Below, piece after piece: positions 25,291 through 35,134 of a stretch of DNA of 64,000 nt (position 1 is the stretch's first letter; the number at the start of each line of letters is the position of its first letter). The notes under the pieces are model-generated. The model worked only from the letters and a program-made list of their open reading frames with translations. It searched no databases and had not been told where the DNA came from. Origin of the DNA: a virus; the IMG/VR virus record IMGVR_UViG_3300044617_000796, positions 44,841 through 108,840 of that record, one strand, 5' to 3'. Both the position numbers and the translations under genes were made by a program.

Positions 25291-25736
25291 GCGAATACTT
25301 CCTTTTCAAATTGTTCTTCTAGTTTCTTTAAACGATATTGCATTTGTGTAGCTGTAAGATCAACTCTTTGATTACGAATTACATTCTTAATCCATTGATT
25401 TCTAGTAAGAGTTGAATGGTTTGTATGCAAACCAATATATTTAACCAACTCTTTTGCTTCTACTGGCTTATCTTTATAAGTATCTTCTTCTTCAACATAC
25501 TCTGATGTAAGGAATGTACTATACATTTCTTCACACAATTTCAATCTTACATACCATTCACTTACATTCTTATAAGTAATTGAACCAAGCGCAACCATAC
25601 CGCCAGCAAAGATTAAACCTTTAAGACGAGGTTTTACATCTTTATAGGTATCACCAAATTGCTTGTATTCTGTATACGCTTCGTCAAAATTATCTTTGTA
25701 CATTGCAATATCTGAAATATCGTAATTCAATGGCAT
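25287..25736 (-). CDS. Hypothetical protein
   Basis: MPLNYD...GSITYKNVSEWYVRL...YIGLHTN. Confidence 0.75.
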   Translation of the reverse strand: MPLNYDISDIAMYKDNFDEAYTEYKQFGDTYKDVKPRLKGLIFAGGMVALGSITYKNVSEWYVRLKLCEEMYSTFLTSEYVEEEDTYKDKPVEAKELVKYIGLHTNHSTLTRNQWIKNVIRNQRVDLTATQMQYRLKKLEEQFEKEVFA

Positions 25737-25737
25737 G

Positions 25738-25938
25738 TTATTTACTCTCTTTCTTGTTTGTTGGTTTTTTATGTGGTACTGTTTTGTAAACAATTACATT
25801 ATCAATATGGACATTGCCATAACTCTTTACAAGCTTTGCTTGCTGGATAGCTTTTTCTTTTGTTGTATTCAGCGTTCTGATTTGAATTATATTTTCTTCC
25901 TTCATCAGAATTAGTGCGTAGTTTTCTTTAGTTGTCAT
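25738..25938 (-). CDS. Hypothetical protein
   Basis: 66-aa ORF in operon. Confidence 0.6.
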   Translation of the reverse strand: MTTKENYALILMKEENIIQIRTLNTTKEKAIQQAKLVKSYGNVHIDNVIVYKTVPHKKPTNKKESK

Positions 25939-26297
25939 TTAATCATTCCAATCATAGTTTCCATTAGTTTTTCATTATCTTCATCAGTTAAATCAGTTTG
26001 ATTACCATATCTATCTTCCTTGATTAAAACAGCTGTACCAGCAATATAATCATTAAAAGATTTTAATTTATAACCATCTTCTTTTAGACAATCAATCCAG
26101 AATTGTGTTGCGATAAGATTTCCATCTTTTGTGAACTTGCCTTCCTCATTAATATAGAAAGCTAGTCTATTTTCTTTACTTACAGTTACACGCTCAACAT
26201 AGCCTCCAACCATTTTTTGTAATTCTTCAAGAGTCAACTCTTCTTTTGTATCTTCTTTTAGAATTGAATTATCTTCTGTGATTACTGCATATCTCAT
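25935..26297 (-). CDS. DUF3846-like protein
   Basis: LEELQKMVGGYVE...YINEEGK...NLIAT...DYIAGTAVL. Confidence 0.85.
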   Translation of the reverse strand: MRYAVITEDNSILKEDTKEELTLEELQKMVGGYVERVTVSKENRLAFYINEEGKFTKDGNLIATQFWIDCLKEDGYKLKSFNDYIAGTAVLIKEDRYGNQTDLTDEDNEKLMETMIGMIK

Positions 26298-26332
26298 TTA
26301 ACTTTCCTTTCGTAGCTTAGTTTATATATAGA

Positions 26333-26495
26333 AAAAGTGGTATAAGAAAGAATTAGGCAAGAAACATTAAGTCGGATACTATGAACCTAAACGACACTTT
26401 GACGATTACTAATAAACCTACAAAATTAGTACATCGCATATTTCTCTTAGACTGAAAGGGTTAGCCTTAGCCTAATTCTTTCCTATACCACTTTT
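26333..26495 (-). ncRNA. Candidate structured RNA closed by a 26-bp stem
   Basis: Minus strand AAAAGTGGTATAGGAAAGAATTAGGC pairs with GCCTAATTCTTTCTTATACCACTTTT (one G-U); internal stems. Confidence 0.55.
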
Positions 26496-26598
26496 AATTA
26501 AGAATGATCATGAACTCCGATTTATTTGAATGTGTGTACCCAAGAAATTGAGTATACATTTTCACTAAACCTAAGAGTTTATAATGACAATATCTTAG

Positions 26599-26672
26599 CG
26601 TATCCGATAGGACTTGAACCTACAACCTAAACATTAGAAGTGTTTTGCTCTATCCAATTGAGCTACGGATAC
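26599..26672 (-). tRNA. tRNA-Arg(UCU)
   Basis: GTATCCG/CGGATAC, AAACA-CTTCTAA-TGTTT anticodon arm, GTTCAAG T loop. Confidence 0.93.
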
Positions 26673-26980
26673 ATAAACATATTGGTTAAACTCGTCTTTT
26701 GCATATGTTAGACAAATAGTTGTTTTCCAGGCTTTAACCAAACCTGTTTTTAATACCAGAGTATAATCAGATATGAGGATTATACATACTTTTTCAATGA
26801 CCAAAAAGAACAAGTATTTTCTGGTATTAAAACTTTACTCCCAGGTTATATAACCTTTTTCATTTATATAAGTTGGAAGACCCATGCTTTTAAGTTGTTC
26901 ATATGTGAACTTAGCTTTTTGATTACTATTGATATGATCAACATAGCCTTGATTTCTTTCGGCTTCTGTTATCTCTGTAT

Positions 26981-27442
26981 CTATTCCCATGATATAACCC
27001 CTGATTTCATTGTCATTTCTTTACCATTAAATGCGTATTGATAATGAGTTCCATCTTCACCTTGCCAATTTAGATATCCGCCTGCTTTTACATATGGGGC
27101 AATTACTTGTAAAAACAAATCTTCAGCACCAGTTTTATTGTCATACCAAAGACTAATCATATTGCCATCTGCATCAAACTTAATATCTTCAAAGCCAAGG
27201 GCATAAAGGATAGTTTGCATATCTTTACATGTCTCAGGATAATTAGCATCCATCCAACTAAACCATCTATTTGGATGATAATTTATTCCTTCAGGTCTTG
27301 TTTCAGATACACCTGCACCCCAACTACCACCAGTTTTTAAATCATCTCTGTCATTAAGTTTGCACATTGCCTCATAGCAATATTCAAAATCATCTTTTGA
27401 TACAAAGATATCTGCTTCGGTTATTCTTGTGTAGTATCCCAT
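26981..27442 (-). CDS. Hypothetical protein
   Basis: MGYYT...IAPYVKAGGYLNWQGEDG. Confidence 0.8.
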   Translation of the reverse strand: MGYYTRITEADIFVSKDDFEYCYEAMCKLNDRDDLKTGGSWGAGVSETRPEGINYHPNRWFSWMDANYPETCKDMQTILYALGFEDIKFDADGNMISLWYDNKTGAEDLFLQVIAPYVKAGGYLNWQGEDGTHYQYAFNGKEMTMKSGVISWE

Positions 27443-27457
27443 CGGATACTCCTTTCT

Positions 27458-27994
27458 CTAGTTACTTATTTTCCAATTCATTAACTTACCTTTTGAATTG
27501 TCCATAATATATTTTGCAACACTTAAGTTGCAATCTAATTCTAATAGACCATTCAAATCTGTACCGCAAACATTTTTAGTTACTGTTTGCCATGAGCTAT
27601 TAATTTGCAGCAAGCCTCTATCAATTGAACCATTCTTATTTAATGTCCAAATAACTTTACCACTTGCATCAAATTTTGCATTTATTGCTTTTGGATTACA
27701 TCCACTTTCTCTCCAAGCAATATATGAAAATACCTGCACAGGTAATTTATATTCTTTGAACTTAGAATGAAACTGAGGACAACGCTTATTCTTATCCGCA
27801 GGAACTCTATCATCTAACCAATCAGGTCTATCAATAGCCATTGGTTTAGTGTTAATCTCTGCTATATCAATGACTACTGAATATGAGTTTGGATTAACAA
27901 CACTTACACTTTCATTAGAAGCGTAAGCGATTGTGCCTACGACTGCTATATACATACTTATAATTACACTTATTAAAGAACTTTTTGTCTTCAT
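27458..27994 (-). CDS. Secreted lytic transglycosylase (SLT-like)
   Basis: Signal/TM, IAWRESGCNPKAIN (catalytic E-S), DRGLLQIN, NLSVAKYI. Confidence 0.85.
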   Translation of the reverse strand: MKTKSSLISVIISMYIAVVGTIAYASNESVSVVNPNSYSVVIDIAEINTKPMAIDRPDWLDDRVPADKNKRCPQFHSKFKEYKLPVQVFSYIAWRESGCNPKAINAKFDASGKVIWTLNKNGSIDRGLLQINSSWQTVTKNVCGTDLNGLLELDCNLSVAKYIMDNSKGKLMNWKISN

Positions 27995-28131
27995 TTTGCC
28001 TCCACAGTTTAGGTTTTGCGATTATTTCGCATTAGCATAGCTTTAGATGCAAAACGAGGGCAATCTACAAATTTGCTCGCTCGCTTTACAGATTTTTTAT
28101 CTTATAATAAACCTCCAGGTTGTATTAAACT

Positions 28132-28473
28132 TTATTGACCAAGTGTTCTTTTGAATTCTTCAAAAGCTTTCTTAGTAAATGAAGGACTCAAAGGAAGAAT
28201 TTCTTTGAGGCTCTCTCTATTTTCATTATAGTATCCTGCATATGCAGAAAAAACCTCTTCAACTTCTTTTTCCAAAGAGGTTGCCATACAAGTTAATAGC
28301 ATTTCAAAATGCACTAAAAATCCAAACAATATGCCTGGAATAAAAGATTCATCATCAAGTTCATCATCATAAGTTGACAATAAACCTTGCATATCTACAA
28401 TCCCTTTATGTGCAAATGCTGTAAACAATTGCATTGTATAATCTGTATACAAGTATTCATCATTATCATTCAT
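28132..28473 (-). CDS. Acidic hypothetical protein (similar to 32928..33296)
   Basis: ELDDE..GILFGFLVHFEMLL versus ELDDD..VILSLLHHLSTII. Confidence 0.75.
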   Translation of the reverse strand: MNDNDEYLYTDYTMQLFTAFAHKGIVDMQGLLSTYDDELDDESFIPGILFGFLVHFEMLLTCMATSLEKEVEEVFSAYAGYYNENRESLKEILPLSPSFTKKAFEEFKRTLGQ

Positions 28474-28521
28474 TATTTAACACCTTTCAAAAAGTTATAT
28501 CTTTCAATTGTAACAAAAATG

Positions 28522-28863
28522 TTATAATTCGTCAAGTTCTTCATCTACAAGCTTGGCATTTAGTTCAACAATATCAGCAGGGACTTCACCTTTTTTGATC
28601 AAGTCATTATGATAGCCAATATTTTTCTCTATCTCCCTAGATGTAGATGAATTTGGATTGTAAAAATATTCACGAACATGACCAACTGTTTTTTCACCAA
28701 CAGTATACTCAAAAATTCTAGCAAACCAATTTGATGGTTTGAATCCGTGTTGTCTTTCACATATCCTATTAGCAATAGATACTGCCGACATTACATTATC
28801 AGCATCATCTACTCTAATAGGTATCCTGAACTCAACGATATAGTAGTTATCAAATTTAGGCAT
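28522..28863 (-). CDS. Hypothetical protein
   Basis: Start MPKFDNYY at 28863. Confidence 0.7.
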   Translation of the reverse strand: MPKFDNYYIVEFRIPIRVDDADNVMSAVSIANRICERQHGFKPSNWFARIFEYTVGEKTVGHVREYFYNPNSSTSREIEKNIGYHNDLIKKGEVPADIVELNAKLVDEELDEL

Positions 28864-28983
28864 TACTTCAACTTTGATCCCATTAAAACCACTGTTATTG
28901 CAACTAACATAAAAGCAATAGCAGGAAATAATATCAAGAAATATAATACCCAAATACCAGCAATCCAATACTTCATATAACTC

Positions 28984-30633
28984 CTACAGTTTATTGATTG
29001 TTAAAAGCTCTGGATCATCAATTGAAAAGCTAATTCCCATTGATTTGCCATCGCTTGATGGAATTAATTGACCATTCATTTGGCTTGATAAAACAGATAC
29101 ATTCTGATCTTCATTAGTAACAAAGAATTTCTTCTTACCAATTTGCATGATCAACCCACCAATTTCTGTTTCGTAAATCTGATAGTTCAAACCACCAAAT
29201 TCACCAAGGTCTTCAATATTAACCCAGAAACCAGCTTCGTTCACATTCAAAATGTTGTTCTCATATGAATCAACAATCAATCTACCGATCCGATTATCTG
29301 CCAGGTTTCTGAATTCTCTGAACATACTATCAGTAATTCCAGTTGAATAGTGATCGTACTCATGAATAATCGTAGATACAATTTCATAGATATTAGAATT
29401 GGTAGCATGACTATGTTCAATAACAATTTGACGCTCACTAATGTCTTTACCAACATTAAAGGTATAACCAAGCGCATCGTTTGATTTTGACTTGAACACA
29501 CCCAATGGCTTATTCATTTTCAAAAGTCCTGGCTCATATGATTCAGCAATTTTCAAAGCTTTAATAAGTTTAGGAAATTTACTGATATCAAGATCAATAT
29601 CATAAGTAAATTCTTCAGTTATGAGTTCGCCAGCTAAATCAACTTTTGCTTCCTTTAGAAGACTATAGAAACCTTCAGATAAACACTTAACTGGGTTACT
29701 GCCTCTGTTCTTAATAAAGGAATCAATTCCTGGAATTAATGATTCAGTAGGGCTAAGCAATACTGCGTTATCGCCATAGATTTTATTGAATACAATATTC
29801 CATTCACGGCAAGGACTGACATAATGGTATGTTGATTCTGAAATAACATCAAATTCCCAAACTCTATTTTGTTTATCAATAACAAGTTTGAAAATCTTCT
29901 TGATTTCATCCTCATTGTCAAGCCTTGCAATAACCTTTGCGATTTCGTATGAAACACTATATATGCTTTTGATCTGCCTATCCTCATTCAATACGGCATT
30001 ATTAATCTCATAGTTATACATATTGTTTCGTTCATCGCCTTCGTGAACCATTACTGATTTGCAATAAATACGCAATGGTCCTTCTATTGCTTCAAGCATT
30101 GAAGATTGGTTTGGTTTGTTACCATAAACAGAAATTACTTTATGATCGTCACAGAAGAAAAAATTATGGTTGTTATAAACTTCCATAATACCTGGGGATG
30201 CAGTAATATAAACACTGAATTCACCAGGTTTAGCTTTTTCAATTGATTCAACAATCTCTCGCTTCCATTCCCCGCTATCCTTAGCATTAGAAACAGCCTC
30301 ACGATAAATTTGAAACTCATCTTCCCAGCTCATAATTCCAGCTTCCAATGTAAATGAAGATGGCTTTACGAATCCATTACAGTAATCGTAGTAGATTGAG
30401 TTGATGCCATTCTCATCAATTGATTTGTACTTTAGAATGTAATCGCCTTCACTATCGCTACCAGTAAAGACCCATTCCAAACCCATTCTTAAGGCTGCAA
30501 TTGGAGCATACTTAATTCCAGAACCAAATTGACCAATGGTATCTGGATTATCCCGTTTAGTTGATAGACCAAGTTTTTCCAAACTTAGTCTATTAACTGA
30601 ATCAGTGTAATTTGTTATTTTGATGTAGGACAT
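28984..30633 (-). CDS. GHKL (HATPase_c) ATPase with C-terminal HExxH region
   Basis: LGLSTKRD...IGQFGSGIKYA, REAVSNAKD, TIIHEYDH. Confidence 0.8.
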   Translation of the reverse strand: MSYIKITNYTDSVNRLSLEKLGLSTKRDNPDTIGQFGSGIKYAPIAALRMGLEWVFTGSDSEGDYILKYKSIDENGINSIYYDYCNGFVKPSSFTLEAGIMSWEDEFQIYREAVSNAKDSGEWKREIVESIEKAKPGEFSVYITASPGIMEVYNNHNFFFCDDHKVISVYGNKPNQSSMLEAIEGPLRIYCKSVMVHEGDERNNMYNYEINNAVLNEDRQIKSIYSVSYEIAKVIARLDNEDEIKKIFKLVIDKQNRVWEFDVISESTYHYVSPCREWNIVFNKIYGDNAVLLSPTESLIPGIDSFIKNRGSNPVKCLSEGFYSLLKEAKVDLAGELITEEFTYDIDLDISKFPKLIKALKIAESYEPGLLKMNKPLGVFKSKSNDALGYTFNVGKDISERQIVIEHSHATNSNIYEIVSTIIHEYDHYSTGITDSMFREFRNLADNRIGRLIVDSYENNILNVNEAGFWVNIEDLGEFGGLNYQIYETEIGGLIMQIGKKKFFVTNEDQNVSVLSSQMNGQLIPSSDGKSMGISFSIDDPELLTINKL

Positions 30634-30647
30634 TTTTTAACCTCTTT

Positions 30648-31211
30648 CTATTTCAATGATAATGATGTAAGGATACGGCTCTTATTGTATTCAGTATATT
30701 GTAGAGCATCAAGAACTTCGCTAATTTCTAGAATAGAAAATGAACGAAGCATTACTTTTTCTTCTTCAATAACAGTTGGTTGGACAATACCTTCTGTTTG
30801 CTTCTTCATATAACCTTCAATAATGGCTTCTACTGATTTGATATATAGACTACCAGTATGGCAAGGAGAATCATAATTAAAAGATGTAAGCAATTCGTCA
30901 GCTAATGCTATAGCATCAGGTTCATCTAAATAATTACCTACTTCACGAGCAATGTCTTTATAATCAAGATTGCTTGCAATTGTATCCATATCCAAATAAT
31001 CTTCTAAATCAATAGAATTAAGAACACCTTCAACTTCATCGTTCCAGTCATGATTGCTAAGACCTGATTCAATCACATCTTCAAAATCGTAATTCTGAAT
31101 GATTTGCTCAACCTGATCGTCAGTCATTGTATAGTCTTTAAACATTTCAATTAACTGTTCTGATGGGAATGTCATTGTTGCTACGACATCTTTTACTTTT
31201 GCTGCTTCCAT
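30648..31211 (-). CDS. Highly acidic protein
   Basis: GGAG SD; repeated [YH]D[FW].D.[IV] helices. Confidence 0.75.
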   Translation of the reverse strand: MEAAKVKDVVATMTFPSEQLIEMFKDYTMTDDQVEQIIQNYDFEDVIESGLSNHDWNDEVEGVLNSIDLEDYLDMDTIASNLDYKDIAREVGNYLDEPDAIALADELLTSFNYDSPCHTGSLYIKSVEAIIEGYMKKQTEGIVQPTVIEEEKVMLRSFSILEISEVLDALQYTEYNKSRILTSLSLK

Positions 31212-31276
31212 TTTATTTTCTCCAATCGGTGTGTTTATATAATTCCCTGCTACTTCTGTTCTCTCTAAATATTCCA

Positions 31277-31672
31277 TTAGAAATACCTTTCAGCTTCCCA
31301 TTCAACATATCTAAACATTGCTGAACCTTCATTAATTTTTCTTCTTGCACCATCAAACCAATCTAAGAAAACATATTGTGCTGATTCAACAACATTGTCT
31401 TCATTAATAATTGCTTCAATATGTGACGAAGGACCACCACCACTTAATTCAATTGTTAATAGTCTCTTCATACTTGAGCCAGCTGCATATTCATAAATTG
31501 TTTGATTATCAATTTCTTCATCTTCAACTTGCTTAAGCAATTCTTTATCGTCTTCATCATCTTCATCAAGATCGTCATCATATACCCTAAACATAAGTTC
31601 AAGATAATCATCTGCTCTACGATATTCTTCTTCAATACGCTCTTGACATGTTTTTTGTTTTGTATTTGACAT
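31277..31672 (-). CDS. Acidic hypothetical protein
   Basis: IELSGGGPS...YVFLDWFDGA. Confidence 0.8.
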   Translation of the reverse strand: MSNTKQKTCQERIEEEYRRADDYLELMFRVYDDDLDEDDEDDKELLKQVEDEEIDNQTIYEYAAGSSMKRLLTIELSGGGPSSHIEAIINEDNVVESAQYVFLDWFDGARRKINEGSAMFRYVEWEAERYF

Positions 31673-32160
31673 TACATCTCCTCTATATAGTTAATATAAT
31701 CTTTATATGTTTCTTTTGTTGGATATTGAATTGTTAGCCTGATAAACTCAAGCAAACATTTAATTTTGTCTTTGAAGGACAAAAACTTTTCTATTTCAAG
31801 ATACTCTTCAAATGTATCTGCATGTGTTTTATAAACAAACTTACCTTGATCATAAGATGTAAATGGCTTTAACCAACCATTACTTCTACCATCTGTAGAG
31901 AACCCAGAATAACCATAAGCAACTGCAATATTCATTGCTTTATCAAAGAAATAATATTGCACCGCTTCATAAATAATTTCATTTGTTTCATCTGAGTTCA
32001 GAGGGTTAAAATTCAGATGATGCATTTTAATATTAATAGCCAAACGACCATTGTGAATATCTTTATCTCTGTCAATACTAGACCAGTTATATTGAACCCT
32101 TTCTTTTTTATAAAATTCAATATCTCTATTATCTGAGTATACATTTTTCATATAAGACAT
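31672..32160 (-). CDS. Hypothetical protein
   Basis: LAINIKMH...DGRSNGWL. Confidence 0.75.
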   Translation of the reverse strand: MSYMKNVYSDNRDIEFYKKERVQYNWSSIDRDKDIHNGRLAINIKMHHLNFNPLNSDETNEIIYEAVQYYFFDKAMNIAVAYGYSGFSTDGRSNGWLKPFTSYDQGKFVYKTHADTFEEYLEIEKFLSFKDKIKCLLEFIRLTIQYPTKETYKDYINYIEEM

Positions 32161-32162
32161 AA

Positions 32163-32540
32163 TCAGTACCCATCCCATCTATCTTTTTCATATGATGTTT
32201 CACATTCAGGACATTCAAAATAAACTGTTCCTCTATATTCTTCTTTTAATATTTCACCTGAGAAATCACAAGGTAATTCAGTAATTTTATCTGAATGATA
32301 AAAGCCATTGATTTCACTCATTAATTTCTTAAGGCGAGTTTCAATTGAATACTCACTGATATTGCCATTTCTTTTAAATTCATTAAACAAAGAAAGTGCA
32401 TGATCACTAAGTTTGTACAACTCTTTTCTTGTAATTAGTACATATTCCATGTCTGCGCTGCAATCAAAATGTTCTTCAAATTCATTGCCCCCAGCAATTT
32501 CATATTCATTACCAGTAACTCCTGGTGGATAATTACTCAT
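32163..32540 (-). CDS. Hypothetical protein with C-terminal CxxC
   Basis: MSNYPPGVTGNEYEIAG...CPEC. Confidence 0.75.
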   Translation of the reverse strand: MSNYPPGVTGNEYEIAGGNEFEEHFDCSADMEYVLITRKELYKLSDHALSLFNEFKRNGNISEYSIETRLKKLMSEINGFYHSDKITELPCDFSGEILKEEYRGTVYFECPECETSYEKDRWDGY

Positions 32541-32564
32541 AGCTTTCTCCAATCTTTTCTTATT

Positions 32565-32600
32565 GGGGCTAGATTAGTGATCAGCCTAACCTAGCCCCAA
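32565..32600. terminator. Hairpin between genes
   Basis: TGGGGCTAG...CTAGCCCCA. Confidence 0.5.
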
Positions 32601-32603
32601 AGC

Positions 32604-32924
32604 TTATTTTGATTTTTTTATTTGTGTTATTGTTTTGTTTATAACAATTGGGACTATTTCAGAATAGTCAATTACATTATAAACTTTCTTAATTGAATTT
32701 CTTTCACGAGAAGAAAAGCCTCCCCAAACACCATGCTCTATGTTTTCATTTAAAGCATAAGATAAGCATTCGGTTTGAACTTTGCAATCACCACAAAATT
32801 CTCTTGCTTTACTAATTTTCTTTGTGCTGTACCTTCCATTTTCAGTTTCAAAAAAGAAAATATCTAATGGATGTTTTTTGCATTTAGCAAAATCTCTCCA
32901 CTCTTCCCGTCTAGTTTTAGCCAT
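32604..32924 (-). CDS. whiB: WhiB-family Fe-S transcription regulator
   Basis: WRDFAKC..DIFF..AREFCGDCKVQTECLSYAL..HGVWGGFSSRER. Confidence 0.92.
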   Translation of the reverse strand: MAKTRREEWRDFAKCKKHPLDIFFFETENGRYSTKKISKAREFCGDCKVQTECLSYALNENIEHGVWGGFSSRERNSIKKVYNVIDYSEIVPIVINKTITQIKKSK

Positions 32925-32927
32925 TAA

Positions 32928-33296
32928 TTACTCCTTATCTTTGTCTTCGTAATAAGGCATGTTTGGATTTTCATGCAACTGATTCATGGTACCTTCTTGA
33001 TATGCTTTATGATACTCATCCATATCAATTTCAGCTAACTCAATAATTGTTGACAAGTGATGTAACAAAGATAGTATAACGCTAACACTTCTATCGTCAT
33101 CAAGTTCACCTTCAACATCGCAAGCAATATTAAGTATTGACATTGATAACTGAGCTCTACTTGTTTTATCTTCATAGTTTGTTGTACATAACTTATTCAG
33201 AACTGATTGCATTATTACTACAAAATCAGTTTCATCACTAAATCCAGTAGGAATTCTATCCTTACCAGCATCATCTAAATCATCTAAATTAAACAT
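32928..33296 (-). CDS. Acidic hypothetical protein
   Basis: AAGGAG SD before ATG 33296. Confidence 0.75.
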   Translation of the reverse strand: MFNLDDLDDAGKDRIPTGFSDETDFVVIMQSVLNKLCTTNYEDKTSRAQLSMSILNIACDVEGELDDDRSVSVILSLLHHLSTIIELAEIDMDEYHKAYQEGTMNQLHENPNMPYYEDKDKE

Positions 33297-33303
33297 ATTC
33301 TCC

Positions 33304-33909
33304 TTAGTTTGCGTATAGGTCAAAATCAATATCTGTTACTTCTTCTGGAACATAATGATGTTCCCATTGATCATGTTGTCTAATTTCACCATTAGCAAAT
33401 ATCAATTGCCCAGCAAAACACATTCCTGGTTCTTCATAATGAATATAACCATTTAGTGTAGGAAATTGTTTAACAATAGCTTCTGCTAATTCATCACAAC
33501 CAGGAGCCCATGCTGTATCATATTCAAAATGAATACTTGCATTACCTGTTAATACAGAAACACCATTTTCAAAATCAACATCACCATCTTCTAGATGTGG
33601 ATAATTAATTTTTGTTTCATAGGAAATGCTTTCAGCATTCATATTGTAATCACCCCATTTAGTTCCCCATTTACTATTGCACCAATCGTACCAGTTATCA
33701 TGACCATATTTATTAATCAAATCTACATTGCCTTCTTTTGAAGGTGATGTAGTTCCTTCTAATTCTTTCGGCATTGGGATCAATGATTCAAATAGATTGT
33801 ATTCATTTTCATCTTTATCATCACCATCATTTTTTACAAGGGCGATGAATTTTTCTACATCATCAATTGGACCAGTTATTCCTAACCTGTTACTGCAATG
33901 ATTTGGCAT
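33304..33909 (-). CDS. DUF1281/YubB ferredoxin-like-fold protein
   Basis: MPNHCSNRL...NWYDWCNSKWGTKW...DTAWAP...YEEPGMCFAG. Confidence 0.85.
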   Translation of the reverse strand: MPNHCSNRLGITGPIDDVEKFIALVKNDGDDKDENEYNLFESLIPMPKELEGTTSPSKEGNVDLINKYGHDNWYDWCNSKWGTKWGDYNMNAESISYETKINYPHLEDGDVDFENGVSVLTGNASIHFEYDTAWAPGCDELAEAIVKQFPTLNGYIHYEEPGMCFAGQLIFANGEIRQHDQWEHHYVPEEVTDIDFDLYAN

Positions 33910-33910
33910 T

Positions 33911-34594
33911 TTAAAACTCCATTTCTAGTTGATTCGGATTATATTTTGATATTTCATTTACTGAAAACTTTGGTCTTTCTAAACTAACTTCATCGCAGAA
34001 ATCAAACCATTTCTGATAATTTTCTGCACTCCAATATTGCAAATTATAGATTGCCATCATGACATCATTATCTTTAAATCCTGATCTAACATCAATATCC
34101 ATATTTATATTTAGCTCATGATAAACTTCAGAAGCCCAGTCTGGATTATTGACAATATCTACATAGCCAGGACTGATGTAATTCCAAAATTCAATACTGT
34201 CAATATTGTCATCATCAATCATTTTGTCGTATGTTTCTTCATCAGCAACTGGATAGTCATCTAATTTGTCTAACCATTCCATTGCTAAATAGAATGAAGA
34301 TGCGATAACTTTTTTGTCTGTATCATCTTCATAAACACGACAAACTAATCTATCAACATTACCAACAGCCCAATGTGCATAGTTTTCAATTCTGAAATCT
34401 TCAGGAAAAATGCCCATCAATTCTTCAGTAATATATTTGAAGTTTGCTTTTTCTAATGCATCAGAGTCTCTATTCTGATCAATATTAGTAAAGCCCCAAG
34501 TATCAAACATATCTTTGCTACCCCAATAACCGAATTCTTCTGGTTTAGTTGTAGCTTGTCTAGCAAATTCTTCTATGTTTTCAACATATGACAT
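33911..34594 (-). CDS. Hypothetical protein
   Basis: RDSDALEKANF...HWAVGNVD...LDDYPVADEE. Confidence 0.8.
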   Translation of the reverse strand: MSYVENIEEFARQATTKPEEFGYWGSKDMFDTWGFTNIDQNRDSDALEKANFKYITEELMGIFPEDFRIENYAHWAVGNVDRLVCRVYEDDTDKKVIASSFYLAMEWLDKLDDYPVADEETYDKMIDDDNIDSIEFWNYISPGYVDIVNNPDWASEVYHELNINMDIDVRSGFKDNDVMMAIYNLQYWSAENYQKWFDFCDEVSLERPKFSVNEISKYNPNQLEMEF

Positions 34595-34621
34595 ACCATC
34601 TCCTATTCAGGTATATTAAAA

Positions 34622-34650
34622 TGGGGCTACTGATTTCTCAGTAGCCCCAG
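34622..34650. terminator. Hairpin between genes
   Basis: TGGGGCTACTGA-TTTC-TCAGTAGCCCCA. Confidence 0.6.
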
Positions 34651-34662
34651 ATTGATTATTTA

Positions 34663-35133
34663 TTATTGTTGTTCTTGGTTATAGCATTCAATTAATTCTG
34701 CAATTGCTTCAGCAAGATCGCCTCTTGCATCACCATAATCAAAAACTGCATTCTCTTTATCATCTTCAAAAGAAATTGCACTTCCAATTTTATTGTCAGT
34801 AGTTGCGTTTACGGTAAGCATAACCCTTCTTCTTTCTGGATGCTTAGAGGGTGCTATTTGTTCATCTTCATTATCACCATCTTTAATTGGTGCCGCCCAA
34901 CCACAAGTTACAAATGTAAAGAAGTTATAACCTTTCATTTTCCAAATGGTATTGAATGGGTTAAGCATTTCATAAACATCTCCGTTCTCAGAGATTTTAT
35001 CAAATGTGATTTGGTTATTCTCATCCATCTTAACACCATACATCAATGCTTTACCCATATTATAATCGGCAGGCATTTGTTTTTGAATTGTTTCTACTAC
35101 TTCTTTGAATTCTGATTCTGTCAATGTTTTCAC
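34663..35133 (-). CDS. Hypothetical protein
   Basis: TCGWAAP...APSKHPERRRV. Confidence 0.8.
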   Translation of the reverse strand: MKTLTESEFKEVVETIQKQMPADYNMGKALMYGVKMDENNQITFDKISENGDVYEMLNPFNTIWKMKGYNFFTFVTCGWAAPIKDGDNEDEQIAPSKHPERRRVMLTVNATTDNKIGSAISFEDDKENAVFDYGDARGDLAEAIAELIECYNQEQQ

Positions 35134-35134
35134 T

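Noticed and set aside
26333-26495. Retron msr-msd or DGR element
   Set aside because: No reverse transcriptase and no template/variable repeat pair in the window.
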